Origin: Acidobacteriota bacterium | Lineage (GTDB): Bacteria; Acidobacteriota; UBA6911; RPQK01; JAJDTT01 | Reading direction: 5' to 3' | NCBI GenBank assembly: GCA_965219005.1 | Contig: CBDCMS010000004.1 | Location: 659,841 to 723,840 of the forward strand | Length of the DNA stretch: 64,000 nt | Shown here: positions 20,972 through 31,640 of the stretch, piece after piece | Numbering within the stretch: position 1 is the stretch's first letter | Layout: each line of letters begins with the position of its first letter | The notes under the pieces: model-generated | What the model was told of the DNA's origin: nothing | Databases searched by the model: none | What the model saw: only the letters and a program-made list of their open reading frames with translations | Position numbers and translations under genes: made by a program

Positions 20972-23900
20972 ATGGCAGATCTTCCCGTGAAACTCTCCTC
21001 CCTGATTCAGGACTTCGACCGCTCATTCTGGGAAGGTGATGGCTCCCTTTCCATCACCTTCAAGGACCTGGTCGAGACTTTCGAGACCTCTCCTGAGATC
21101 ACCCTGGCGAAGGCACTGCAGGGCGCTAGTCCTCCTTTTCTCCGCTCCGGTGTCCAGCTAGAGATTGATAACAGGACACTGGGGCTGGGAACGCATGGGG
21201 GAATCAGTATGTCGGTCGATTTCCAGGCGGCGTTTGGAAACGCTATGGACATCGTCCTGGGCCAGACTGGATTGGACGCGCTCCCAGCTGTTGGAAGCCT
21301 GGACCTGAAGACTGTCCTGGGCGAGTCGGTGGTGAATCTGGGCGAGGGCGGTCTGATCATCCTCTCTCTGGCGGGTTCGGTTCAGGGTGGAGTGTCAGGA
21401 TCGGGCGCTTTCTCACCTGGAATCAACGTGGGTTTCACGTTCAAAGCGGGGGGCGGCATTCAGTGGTTCTACTGCCGGCCGGTTAGCTCCGACTCGGTCT
21501 TGCTGACTGCGATCGGCGAAACCTTCAGCCGTGCCAGGTTGCCACAGGCCGGACTGAAGGTTGTCGGGGAAGCCGGGATTCCGATCGCTCCTGCCGAGAA
21601 CGAGGTTATCTACACGTGCTATTCGGGCTTCCTGAGCCTCGGGGCGCAAGCCACCTTCGGCTACGAGTTCTCGGGAACCAAGGACTATTCGTTGGGCAAG
21701 CTCGACCTGAGTACCAAGCTGCTGGTGCAGGCCAGTGCCCGTCTCAGCTTCGATTATCAGCTGGCGGGTTCTTTTCAGCTGACGGTCACTCAAGGGGATT
21801 CTCCCGAGTGGGTCCGGGTGGCGGTCGAGAAGGACCGGTCCTCCTCCTTCGAATTCGGCCTTGGAATCGCGGTCAACGTCAGCGCTGAGACTCCGGGGAC
21901 GGGAGCCGGCGGTCTGGAGCTGGTTGAAGGGATCATCGGGAGCGATGCATCCCAGGTGCTGACCACTGCTCTCAACTACGCTCAGATGACACCACAGGAT
22001 CTCCGTAAACAGATCGATGGGTTCACCCAGGCGACGATCGAGAAATGGGTGGGCAAGGGCATCGACGAGATTCCAGATGATGTGCTTCAAGGCACCCTGG
22101 ATCAGCTGGCCAAGATCCAGTCCGCTCTCTCCGATCCCGCTCAGTTTCCCATCGATCTCTACTCCCGGTTTCTGGACACAGTGGACTACGAGGACGCCAT
22201 CGGCAGGATCCGGGAGATCTTTGGGGCGGCCGACCTCGATACGGCCCGCAATTTGCTCTTCGAGAAGATCGATTCACCCCAACTGCGACAGCTTCTGGAA
22301 GGACTCTCCAGCGAGCGTTTCGCCTCAATCGCCACGGCTGACGAGGAACTTTTCGCCAGCGTCAAAGACGCTTTGCAGGAGCGTCTGGATCAGTTTGACC
22401 AGTTGGTGACCGGCACGGCCAAGGACGAGATCCGCGAATTCGTGAACGCGAAATTGGAGGCCTTACAGCTGGACAAGATTGCGGCTGAGGTCGCGAAATA
22501 CGATACCGAAGCGGAACTGAAAGCCAATCTATCGGCGGCGGGACAGGAGTTCGTGTCTCGTCTGATCGATCGGCCATTCAACGAGGTATTCGCCGACGGC
22601 TCTCAGGCCTCGGAGGTGTTCAAAGAGGTAAACCAGTTCGCCGCCAGTTTCAAGAAAACTGTCACCAAGGTCGGCGTCCTGATCGAAAAGGCCCTCAACT
22701 CGAAAGGGCGATTCGAGCTCTCCTACAGCTACCAGACGGTCAGAGAGAATGAGAAGCTCGTCGACCTCCAGATCAAGGTCGGGACTTCGTCTAGTCCCAT
22801 CCAGAAGGGGATGGATCTCTATGATCGGGCCGTTCAGGGACAGTTCCGCGAAGTCCTACAGGACCAGAATCTCGACGTGCTGAAGATCGGGAAGGCGACT
22901 TTCACCGAAAGCCTTAGAAAAACGGCCACCCTGTCGGTCCATATTTTCGGCTGGAACTTCAAAGAGACCTCTTCTATCTTGTCCGACCTGGAGTCCTCGG
23001 TGAAGGTGGGTGGAACGGGTCTGATCACAGTCTACAACCTGAAGATCGAGGGAAAGCGGGTGACTGAAGAGGATCAACGCACCACCGAGCTCAGCCTGAT
23101 GCTGCAGCTGGTCGGCTCGGCCAAAGGCGCACTCCTGGACGACGATTTCAAGAAAAGAAGTGTCGACGGCCTGAAGGAACTGAGCTCCCTGCAGAGCAAC
23201 TACCAATATGAGATCAAGGACGAGCTGACGACGCCCGAGGAGCTGCAAAGCTATTTCGAGGTGGGTCGTAATCTGGGCGTCATCGACGCCGGACAACAGG
23301 CCCGCCTGATGAGTACAGTTCGCACGGTGGGAGGGCAAGGCCTGGATGTGGCGAACTACGGAAAGGCGGATATACGCTACACCTCCTCTTTCAAAGGCGA
23401 GGCCCTGGCCAAGGCTTTGGCCACCGACTACAGCGGTCTGGTGGAGGACCTGGCCCCCGGAGAGAAGTTGGACAATGCTGGCGCGCTGGAGCGGTTGTTT
23501 GTCGACCGCCTGCTGGCCAGCTACTACGTCGGGAAGGATGACCTGGGGAACGCGGTTCCCGCTCTCTATGGAGCCCGCATATTTGAAGCTTTCAAGAAGA
23601 ATCCCAATCTTTCGGCGTCACAGTGGACTTCGAAGACCTTCACGGTAGCGAGTGGTGGCAAAAGCGTGCAGGTCGATCCCCGTGAGACAGACGTGGAGTG
23701 GGCGAGGGTTTTGTATTTCCGGAACGTCTGGCTGGCGAAATTCCTGGAGGACTTTCGTCAGGCTCTTGTGGGCGAGAAACAACTTACATTCGAGAGCCTC
23801 CAGGGACAGCTCGAGGAGTTCGTCGAGAAGCTAAAGAACGTCGGTAAGAGGGATGCACACTTGGCCGCAATGCCGTTCCTGTTGCTGGACACCATGATTC

Positions 23901-24010
23901 GTCGGTCCTCGCCGGGTGAGAAGGATGTGGTCGAAGCTCTACTTGAAGTCATTCTCTACGACAAAACCGATCCCACCAAAGAGCTTCTCTATATTCCGAT
24001 CCAGGGGTAA
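20972..24010 (+). CDS. Large hypothetical protein (1012 aa)
   Basis: Long ORF with GAGGTG RBS; no motif recognised. Confidence 0.85.
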   Translation: MADLPVKLSSLIQDFDRSFWEGDGSLSITFKDLVETFETSPEITLAKALQGASPPFLRSGVQLEIDNRTLGLGTHGGISMSVDFQAAFGNAMDIVLGQTGLDALPAVGSLDLKTVLGESVVNLGEGGLIILSLAGSVQGGVSGSGAFSPGINVGFTFKAGGGIQWFYCRPVSSDSVLLTAIGETFSRARLPQAGLKVVGEAGIPIAPAENEVIYTCYSGFLSLGAQATFGYEFSGTKDYSLGKLDLSTKLLVQASARLSFDYQLAGSFQLTVTQGDSPEWVRVAVEKDRSSSFEFGLGIAVNVSAETPGTGAGGLELVEGIIGSDASQVLTTALNYAQMTPQDLRKQIDGFTQATIEKWVGKGIDEIPDDVLQGTLDQLAKIQSALSDPAQFPIDLYSRFLDTVDYEDAIGRIREIFGAADLDTARNLLFEKIDSPQLRQLLEGLSSERFASIATADEELFASVKDALQERLDQFDQLVTGTAKDEIREFVNAKLEALQLDKIAAEVAKYDTEAELKANLSAAGQEFVSRLIDRPFNEVFADGSQASEVFKEVNQFAASFKKTVTKVGVLIEKALNSKGRFELSYSYQTVRENEKLVDLQIKVGTSSSPIQKGMDLYDRAVQGQFREVLQDQNLDVLKIGKATFTESLRKTATLSVHIFGWNFKETSSILSDLESSVKVGGTGLITVYNLKIEGKRVTEEDQRTTELSLMLQLVGSAKGALLDDDFKKRSVDGLKELSSLQSNYQYEIKDELTTPEELQSYFEVGRNLGVIDAGQQARLMSTVRTVGGQGLDVANYGKADIRYTSSFKGEALAKALATDYSGLVEDLAPGEKLDNAGALERLFVDRLLASYYVGKDDLGNAVPALYGARIFEAFKKNPNLSASQWTSKTFTVASGGKSVQVDPRETDVEWARVLYFRNVWLAKFLEDFRQALVGEKQLTFESLQGQLEEFVEKLKNVGKRDAHLAAMPFLLLDTMIRRSSPGEKDVVEALLEVILYDKTDPTKELLYIPIQG

Positions 24011-24163
24011 GAGTCCTTTCTCAAGGAGTCCTAGCGACCGAGACCACTCGTGGCGAGCCCCCGCAGTCGTACTGGTGCAGTACGTCGAGGAGGCCGACAG
24101 AGCGTAACACAGCCAGGACGGATGTTTGCAGCGACGCAGTAGACCAGCGATGAGAAATGCGGG

Positions 24164-24901
24164 CTAGGCCGGTGCATCTTCCTGAAAGAGGGTAATCCCC
24201 ATCTCCAAATACTTTCCGCGTTCTTCTGGCGTTGTAGCCGTACCCATGGCCAGACGAATGTCGGTTTCTGCCAGTTGGGCGGCTACATTGCGCATACAGT
24301 CATCGACGTTTTGCAGCGGATATTCCGGGTGGTCCTCCAGGTTGAACAAGAGATCGTTTGGTCCGAAGGTGACGACGTTCACTCCTGGTTTGGCCAGTTT
24401 CCGAATATTGCTCACCGCCTCAACGGATTCTACCTGGATAGCTAGCACCACATAGTTGTTCCACCACGCCGCATAGGCGTGCCGATCCATCCCCTGGGCC
24501 ACGCCACGCAGACCCCGGCGATTCGATCCGCCCCAGCTGCGCCGTCCGATGGGCCCGTAGTAGGCATGGGCAATGGCGTCGTCTACGGTCTCAGGTTCCA
24601 TTACCTCTGGGACCAGGACCGCGCTGGGTCCAAGGTCCAGATAGCGCCCGACCAGGTAGGCATGCCGGGTGTGGGTGATGCGCAGTTGCACGTCGATGCC
24701 CAACTCTTCGGCGGCACGGCAATAATTGACCAACTGTTCTTCGCTAAAAGGGGTGTGCTGACCATCTATCCAGATATAGTCATACTTACCAGTTGACCAT
24801 ATCCCGGACAACTCGTCCTTACTCGTGGTTAGCGAGCCCCGAAGGGCAACCAGCACTTCACCGTCTTTAATGCGTCGTCTGAGTGTTTTCGTGGGCGACA
24901 T
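24164..24901 (-). CDS. HpcH/HpaI aldolase family protein
   Basis: IDGQH, LDLG...VLVP, P.GRRSWG, IQVES..AV.N, FGPNDL. Confidence 0.85.
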   Translation of the reverse strand: MSPTKTLRRRIKDGEVLVALRGSLTTSKDELSGIWSTGKYDYIWIDGQHTPFSEEQLVNYCRAAEELGIDVQLRITHTRHAYLVGRYLDLGPSAVLVPEVMEPETVDDAIAHAYYGPIGRRSWGGSNRRGLRGVAQGMDRHAYAAWWNNYVVLAIQVESVEAVSNIRKLAKPGVNVVTFGPNDLLFNLEDHPEYPLQNVDDCMRNVAAQLAETDIRLAMGTATTPEERGKYLEMGITLFQEDAPA

Positions 24902-24934
24902 GTTTAGCTCCTGTCTTTGCTGGTTCTGGTGCTT

Positions 24935-26530
24935 TCAAGGCGTTTCTCGAGGGTCGGGTCTGGCATCGGCAACCTGAAACGCCCAGATCGTGGCATCATC
25001 GAACACAAACCGCAGTCGGATTGCTTTTCCTCTGAACTGAGCCAGCGATTGGCCCTTCCACCTTACCCGATGGGCCAGGCTGTCGCCCTGGACCACTTCG
25101 CAGTCTTCGCGCCGAAAGCCGTCGAACTTCTTCTCGGCAGCCGAAATGTAGTGGCCCATATGGGCTTTCGTTCCGGTGTCAAATTGTCTTGCGGTCGTAT
25201 CGACGACCTCGACCCTCAGCTCGCCCTTGACTTCGGCATTGACATACAGCTCGTCACCTTCGACTACGAAGGGGCGGGTCAAGAGGGCTCCCTTCCCGTT
25301 CAGCCGCTCTCTGCTCCGAAGACCCATCAGCCGGTCCAGCGGCACCCAGCCCAGCCCGATCCTGATCTGGCGCTTATCCGGCGGGTTGTCCTTGACCCCG
25401 TGGTGGTATCGTGCTCCGGCGTAGTAGAACAGCATCTTCTCGCCGTGCGTGATCATCGAAGGCCACCATATGATACGGTCGTCCCAGCGGCCCTCTGCGC
25501 CCTGGGGAATGAAGGCTTCGTTGGGAAACGGGTAGTCCCAGCGAAACCCGTCTCGGCTGATGATCAGGTGCTGCTCCACGTCTCCCCTGACATAGTTGTC
25601 CAGCATTGAGGGCAGTCCCAGATAGAATCCCTCGTAGCGGTACACTTTCATGCTCTCAACTTCGGGCCACCTTTCGCTCATGGGATGGAACACCGTCTGC
25701 CGGGGGGACCACTCAACCAGGTCCTCGCTCTCCTGGCGAACGATATAGCGAGGACCGGTGCCGGTTTCGGGGTCGGCCTTCTCCGTCAATTGCCGGTGAA
25801 ACAAGACGTACTTCCCGAGGGTTTCATCCCACACTATACTTGGATTTCCACCGCCTCCGCCGCCCCGCAGACCTCCCGCCATCTGGTGCCATGTGAGACC
25901 GTCGGCACTGTACGCTATTCCGTTCCAGCCTCCGAACCGGCCTCCGTCTTCATGGTAGGGAGAAATGCTGCAGGAGAGAAATCTTCGCTCTGCCGGTCGT
26001 TCTCGAGGGTCCTGGATCAGACGGATGCTGCCCGCTAGCGGTCGGCTTCCAAGCTGGTCGGAATGGAGCAGAACGTTGTTCTGCATCGTTCCCTGGTAGC
26101 GGACCAACCCCAGGTTGGGTTTCACCCACTTCACTCCGTCCTGGCTCTCGGCGTAGGCGACTACGCTGCCACCCGTATGTTGCTCGATCTGGTACCAGAT
26201 CTTGAATTTCTTGTCCTGGGCGTCATAGATGGCTGTTCCCAACTGGATTCCGTAACTCTTCCGGGCGGTTTCCTCCCAGGGTGCGTCCGCTTCGAGCAGG
26301 GGATTGGCCGGATGTTTGCTTAGGACACCTTGCACCCGCTTTACGTTGTACCAGGCACACAGCACCTCGTTGTCCACCAGCAGCTACTTCTGAGTTCCGA
26401 ACCGAAGGGGCCGCTCCGATTCCAACTCTGTCAGATGCACGTAGGGTGAACCGGAGTTCGGTTGGGCAAGGGACCGCGGCCCCACCAGTAGCAGCAGCGC
26501 TGCCGTTATCGTAGAGATCCTGATGCGCAT
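24935..26530 (-). pseudogene. Secreted beta-propeller glycoside-hydrolase-like protein interrupted by one in-frame TAG (26384-26386)
   Basis: Signal-peptide ORF ...RFGTQK* is in frame with LLVDNE...; WVKPNLG, SRDG..W motifs. Confidence 0.7.
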
Positions 26531-26722
26531 TTCCATCCTCTTTGAAATCCCTGGGTGGAGGTTCTCCCCAAAGGGACAGGATACAGTGGGCTCCTTGAAC
26601 CGACAAGGATGAGAAGCAGGAGCTGCCAGGGCTTGAGCACGAGGTTCATGGTTGACTAGATGCTCGCGCCGAGGGCGGGATCCACGTTGGTTATACTTAG
26701 TACCGCATTTCATAATTACGAT

Positions 26723-28066
26723 CACTAGTGTCCAAACGTTGTTCTATCGCACAACTCTAAGTTACTGGTAAGAATTGTTTTAACATCGAAATCCAATTTT
26801 TTCGATACTTTTTGATATGAAACTGTGGCAGGTGCCGACCCGGTTCTCCAATCCTGTGGCCTGCAAGCCGATAGGATGCCTAGATGGATATGCGCAGAAC
26901 CGTCTTTGCCCAGCTGATGGATTGCGTCCCCAGGTATCAATTTCAACTCTGTGCTCAACGCTACCGAGGAGATTACAAGATAAAAGACTTCTCCTGCTGG
27001 AAGCAGTGGCTGTGTATGGTCTTCGCCCAGTTGACCTATCGCGAGAGTCTGCGGGATATCGAAGCCACGCTAGGTTCGGTTGCAGGCAGACTCTACCACA
27101 TGGGAATTCGAGGCCGCGTGGCCCGCAGCTCTTTGGCCCATACCAACGAGAATCGGGATTGGCGCATTTATGCCGATTTCGCTCAAGTCTTGATCCAAGA
27201 GGCACGGACTTTGTACGCAGGCGAGCCCTTTGCCGTGGAACTGGAAAAAACGGTCTACGCGCTCGATTCCACCACCATCGATCTGTGTCTTTCGGTGTTC
27301 CCTTGGGCCCGCTTCCGCAAACGCAAAGGAGCCATCAAACTGCATACTTTGCTCGACTTACGTGGCAACATCCCCACCTTTGTCGAGGTCACCGAGGGGC
27401 GGGTTCACGACGTCAATATCCTCGACTATCTGCTGGTCCAACCCGGCTCCATTTACATCCTGGATCGCGGCTATCTCGATTTCGCACGTCTTTATCGGCT
27501 GCACCAGAGTTCCGGTTTCTTCATCATTCGTGCCCACCAGCGCCTGAATTTCCGCCGTCTGTACTCCCATCGTGTCGACAAGAGCATCGGGCTAAGAAGC
27601 GATCAAACCGGGGTCCTGAGCGGCCGTTACACGGCCAACAAGTACCCCGACAAACTCCGACGAGTCCGCTACTACGACGCCGAGACCCAAAAACACTTGG
27701 TCTTCTTGAGCAACAACTTTTCCCTGACTGCCCTCACTGTCGCCCAGCTGTACCGTTGCCGCTGGCGCGTGGAACTTTTCTTCAAATGGATCAAGCAACA
27801 CCTGCGCATCAAAGCCTTCTATGGGACTTCTCCGAACGCCGTCAAAACTCAGATCTGGATCGCCATCTCCGTGTATATCCTCGTTGCCATCCTGAAAAAA
27901 CGCCTGAAATTGGAGCTGAGCCTCTACACAACTCTACAGATTCTCAGCCTGACTGTTTTCGAGAAAACCCCATTAATTCAAGTACTTACCAGCTTCGATT
28001 ACAGGAATCACCAGGGAGGTTCATGTAACCAGTTGAATCTATTTGACTTATGATTGGACACTAGTG
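26723..28066 (+). mobile_element. IS4-family element (transposase 26884-28053, apparently intact)
   Basis: FAQLTYRESLRDI, LDSTTI, DRGY, YRCRWRVELFFKWIKQ; IRs CACTAGTGTCCAA / TTGGACACTAGTG. Confidence 0.93.
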
Positions 28067-28301
28067 ACCGTAATTATGAAATGCGGTACTAAGTTTAGAG
28101 AGTTTACAATCATTTCATAAACTCCCTAACTTCCCTCAAATCCCCAGCTCAATGACGGCCTGTAGGACGTGCAGTTGGCGGTCACGGGTGAGGAGGAAGC
28201 GGTTTCGGTGGAGGGCCTCTGGTAGGGCAAGGATGACTGCGATCCAGAACGGTGACCGAGCGCGGTGGTGTGCTAGAATCGGCCGCCAGAGGGGGTGTGC
28301 G

Positions 28302-29777
28302 ATGAATCGACGCTGGACGCGGCGGCAGCTCGGAAAGATCGGAGCGGCGTTGGCACTGGCCCCCGTCCCTGGCTGGTCCCAGGCAGAGCATCGACAGGGG
28401 CCGGTTCGCGTGACGCGGGGTGCGGCATTCCTGCGCATGCCCGTTTCTGTCCCGGCTGGCGAGGTCTGGCGCTACGGAATCATCTACCCGTTCCAGGTTG
28501 CGCCGCGCTTGGCTGCCGTGTTCTGCAATATCCGCAAGGCACTCAATCCCGGTGTGGATTTCGAGCTCGGCTCCGACGTGCTGCTCTTCGACAGCCTCGA
28601 TGCGATCCGGATCGACCGGGCGGTCCAAATCTCCCGCAACCACGAGGAGCCGAACCCGAACTCCCGGCCTCCGAACGAGCAGGCGGTGATGGTGAAGTTC
28701 CCGGTGGCCGGCGCGTTCGTGCCCGCCGGCGCGAAACGCGCCGACGGCTCGCCCTACCCACATGCCGGAACCGGATTCGGCCTTTCGACCGCCCAGGCCT
28801 GGCCCCAACACGACCGGGATCTTGGACACCACGCCGACCGGATCGGGCGTCGCGCCTACCCGGGATCCCAGGCCTACGAGTACCTGGAGCTCCAGCAGCT
28901 TTCGTACGACGGCACCCGGTTCCGGGCGGAGAAGGCCGAGGCGCTGGTGAAGAGTCGAGCAACCGTCGGCGACTGGGTGCTGGCCAGCAACCCGATTCGG
29001 AACGGGATCCCTGACGGCGACGATCTCCTGCTCCCGTACAGGTGCCGCCGCGCTAAGCCGGTCGAGTCAGATCGGTCCTTGGACGTCAGCGGCGTCCTCC
29101 GTTTTCGCCGCACTGCGGGTCTTTGGCAACCGCACGCGTTTGTCCCGGTGACGCCCGAGGATGGCTCCGCGGAGCCGACCCTGGTTCGCGACGTCGACGG
29201 GGCACTACTGCTCTGCGCGCGAGGCGTGGTGGACCCGGGCCGGACGAGCATCCGGGTGTGGCGCTCCGCGGACGGCGGCGCCACCTGGCGGCTGCAGATC
29301 GAGGCGCTCGGGGCCATCTCGATGTCGCCGGTGTCGATCAACCAGGCTGCCGACGGCACCCCCTATGTGGTCGCCAACCTCTTTGAGGTGCCGCTCTGGC
29401 CGTTCGGCGACGAGCGGTACAACCACAGCGGGTACAACATCGCTGGGGATGGCGGTCGGATGCGCCTCGGCGGGTGGCTGCGGGAGCGCCTGGTGCTCTG
29501 GCCGCTCTCGGCCGACCGCAAAAGCCTGGAACAGCCGATCGTCGCCCGCGACGGCCGCACGGAATTCGGACCGCCCCCGGGCGGCAGCAGCTGGCACGTC
29601 GACCACCCCTCGGCCATGAACGTCCAGCTCGGCGACGGACGCTGGCATAACATCCTCGGCTACCGCGTCCTCGAGCGCGCCGAGGCGACGCACGCGATCG
29701 TGCCGGCGCCCCAGTCGGGAGCCTACCTCGAGGAAGTCTTCTCGTCCGGTCCGCCGCTGCCCGCCTGGCACTTCTGA
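28302..29777 (+). CDS. Tat-exported hypothetical protein with Asp-box (sialidase-like)
   Basis: MNRRWTRRQL twin-Arg leader; SADGGATW. Confidence 0.65.
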   Translation: MNRRWTRRQLGKIGAALALAPVPGWSQAEHRQGPVRVTRGAAFLRMPVSVPAGEVWRYGIIYPFQVAPRLAAVFCNIRKALNPGVDFELGSDVLLFDSLDAIRIDRAVQISRNHEEPNPNSRPPNEQAVMVKFPVAGAFVPAGAKRADGSPYPHAGTGFGLSTAQAWPQHDRDLGHHADRIGRRAYPGSQAYEYLELQQLSYDGTRFRAEKAEALVKSRATVGDWVLASNPIRNGIPDGDDLLLPYRCRRAKPVESDRSLDVSGVLRFRRTAGLWQPHAFVPVTPEDGSAEPTLVRDVDGALLLCARGVVDPGRTSIRVWRSADGGATWRLQIEALGAISMSPVSINQAADGTPYVVANLFEVPLWPFGDERYNHSGYNIAGDGGRMRLGGWLRERLVLWPLSADRKSLEQPIVARDGRTEFGPPPGGSSWHVDHPSAMNVQLGDGRWHNILGYRVLERAEATHAIVPAPQSGAYLEEVFSSGPPLPAWHF

Positions 29778-29954
29778 GCCACGACACCGGGCCGCGCCGG
29801 TCCCACGGCGACCCGCCTCCCCCTGAATACCGGCTCTGTCAGGGTTGCCTGCGATATTTCTGATAGTGGGGGGAAGCTCCTCCGGCCACAAGGATTTGCT
29901 TCGGCTGGTTGAGTACTGAACTCGAATCGCCGCAGCACCAGAGGATCGCCGCAA

Positions 29955-31484
29955 ATGATCCATCTTACCCGTAGGCTACTGGCCCTGTTCCTGATTGTGG
30001 GCACTTTCCCCTCCCAGCTCGGGGGCAGCTGTGCCCTCTATGTGGGTCGGAATCTTACCGCGGACGGCAGCGTGCTGCTGGGAGGTTATGGAGACGAGCC
30101 CTCGAGCCACTGGCTCGAGGTCATTCCAGCTATCGATCATCCGGACGGCGCTACCCTGGAGGTCGGAGTCACTGCGGCATCCCGATATCCTGGCCTGCGA
30201 TTTCGGATCCCCCAGGTTTCTCGAACCCACAAATATCTGGCTGTCTCTTATTCCTCCTTTGCAGGTTTCCCCGCTCCCCTCACCAACGGCGGACTCAATC
30301 AGCACCTGGTGGCGGGACGGGATGTCTCTGCGGGAAGCCGGGTCGAGTTGCGCCAGATGACCCCCAACCCGCAGCGGGGTCTTAATTACAGCGACCTGGC
30401 CAGGATCGCCCTGGAGCGGGCCAGGACTGCTCGTGAGGCTGCCCAGATTGTGGGCTCTCTGGTCGAAGAGCACGGCTACGCTACCTTTGGAGGCAACTCG
30501 CATATCTTTGCTGATACTACAGAGGGCTGGATCGTGCTCGAGTTTGCGGGGGGGCATGGCCTCTGGGTCGCAGAGCGTCTGGGTGCGGACGATATACGGG
30601 TCTTCAGGGGAGGCTACATTGGTGAGATTCCCCTCGACTATCGAACCCATCCGGACTACATGGGGTCCGAGAACCTGATCTCCTTTGCGGTGGAGGAGGG
30701 CTGGTACGCTTCCGAATCTGGGAAGCCATTCAATGTGCATGCCGTCTATGGTGTAGACAGGCAGCCCAACCTGGAGGGGAGCCAGATCCGTACCGAGGCG
30801 ATGGAATACATGGAGGCGTGGCTTCGGCAGCGCTCTTCCAGGTTAACACTGCAGGACATGATGGAGGCAGTTCGCAGTCCTGTCATTACCCGCGAGTCGG
30901 CCGGATACGGTCAGGTAGCCCACCTCCAGACGGGAGTCAGGAGTGAAGTGGCGCCACTCTGGATTGCCCTGGCTCCTTCCCTGGCCAGCCCTTTCCTCCC
31001 TTACTACCTTGGGATTACTGATGTGCCCGCGGAGTACAAGGAACATCGCTACCTCACAGAAGGCGAGGCCAGTCGATTCATCCGGCGAAATCGCCAGGGA
31101 AGGGAATCCACGCGCTCCGCTTTTCAGGTATACAAGCGACTTTTCCACCTGGTCTGTGAGCACCCCTGCAAGTTTCAGGCTGAGGTAGTGGAGGCGTTGG
31201 CTGCCTTTGAGGCACAGTTGATCGGAAAGCAGATCGGCGTGAAGAGGACGGCCCACACCCTTCTGGAGACTTCTCACGATCTGGCTGCAGACTACCTGAC
31301 CCGTGTGACCAGTCAGACCGCGCTCGAGGCCTTGGAGCTGGCCGAAAAGCTGTCAGCCAGCATCGAGATCCGGACCCGATTTCTCTACGGGGTTCGTGAG
31401 CCAGGGGCAGCGGAGCAGGGAATCGTCCACTGCCGCTGTCAGTCGCGGCCTCCAGCGGGCCGCACCAGCTGGCCTTCGGACTGA
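29955..31484 (+). CDS. C69 family dipeptidase-like Ntn hydrolase
   Basis: Signal peptide then C-ALYVG..LTADGS; NGGLN; LALERARTAREA. Confidence 0.8.
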   Translation: MIHLTRRLLALFLIVGTFPSQLGGSCALYVGRNLTADGSVLLGGYGDEPSSHWLEVIPAIDHPDGATLEVGVTAASRYPGLRFRIPQVSRTHKYLAVSYSSFAGFPAPLTNGGLNQHLVAGRDVSAGSRVELRQMTPNPQRGLNYSDLARIALERARTAREAAQIVGSLVEEHGYATFGGNSHIFADTTEGWIVLEFAGGHGLWVAERLGADDIRVFRGGYIGEIPLDYRTHPDYMGSENLISFAVEEGWYASESGKPFNVHAVYGVDRQPNLEGSQIRTEAMEYMEAWLRQRSSRLTLQDMMEAVRSPVITRESAGYGQVAHLQTGVRSEVAPLWIALAPSLASPFLPYYLGITDVPAEYKEHRYLTEGEASRFIRRNRQGRESTRSAFQVYKRLFHLVCEHPCKFQAEVVEALAAFEAQLIGKQIGVKRTAHTLLETSHDLAADYLTRVTSQTALEALELAEKLSASIEIRTRFLYGVREPGAAEQGIVHCRCQSRPPAGRTSWPSD

Positions 31485-31640
31485 AGTCTCGCTCGGTTTT
31501 TTCGTTCAGGTTTCTGCTCCGTGCGGCGGCTGGGACCGGGACGTATGTGATGCCGTTGTCAACCGAGGCCGCTTATGGTATCAGGAAGGCGCACCTGATA
31601 GCTGGATGAGTAGGTATCTGGCCCGGTTCTAGAATCGCGG

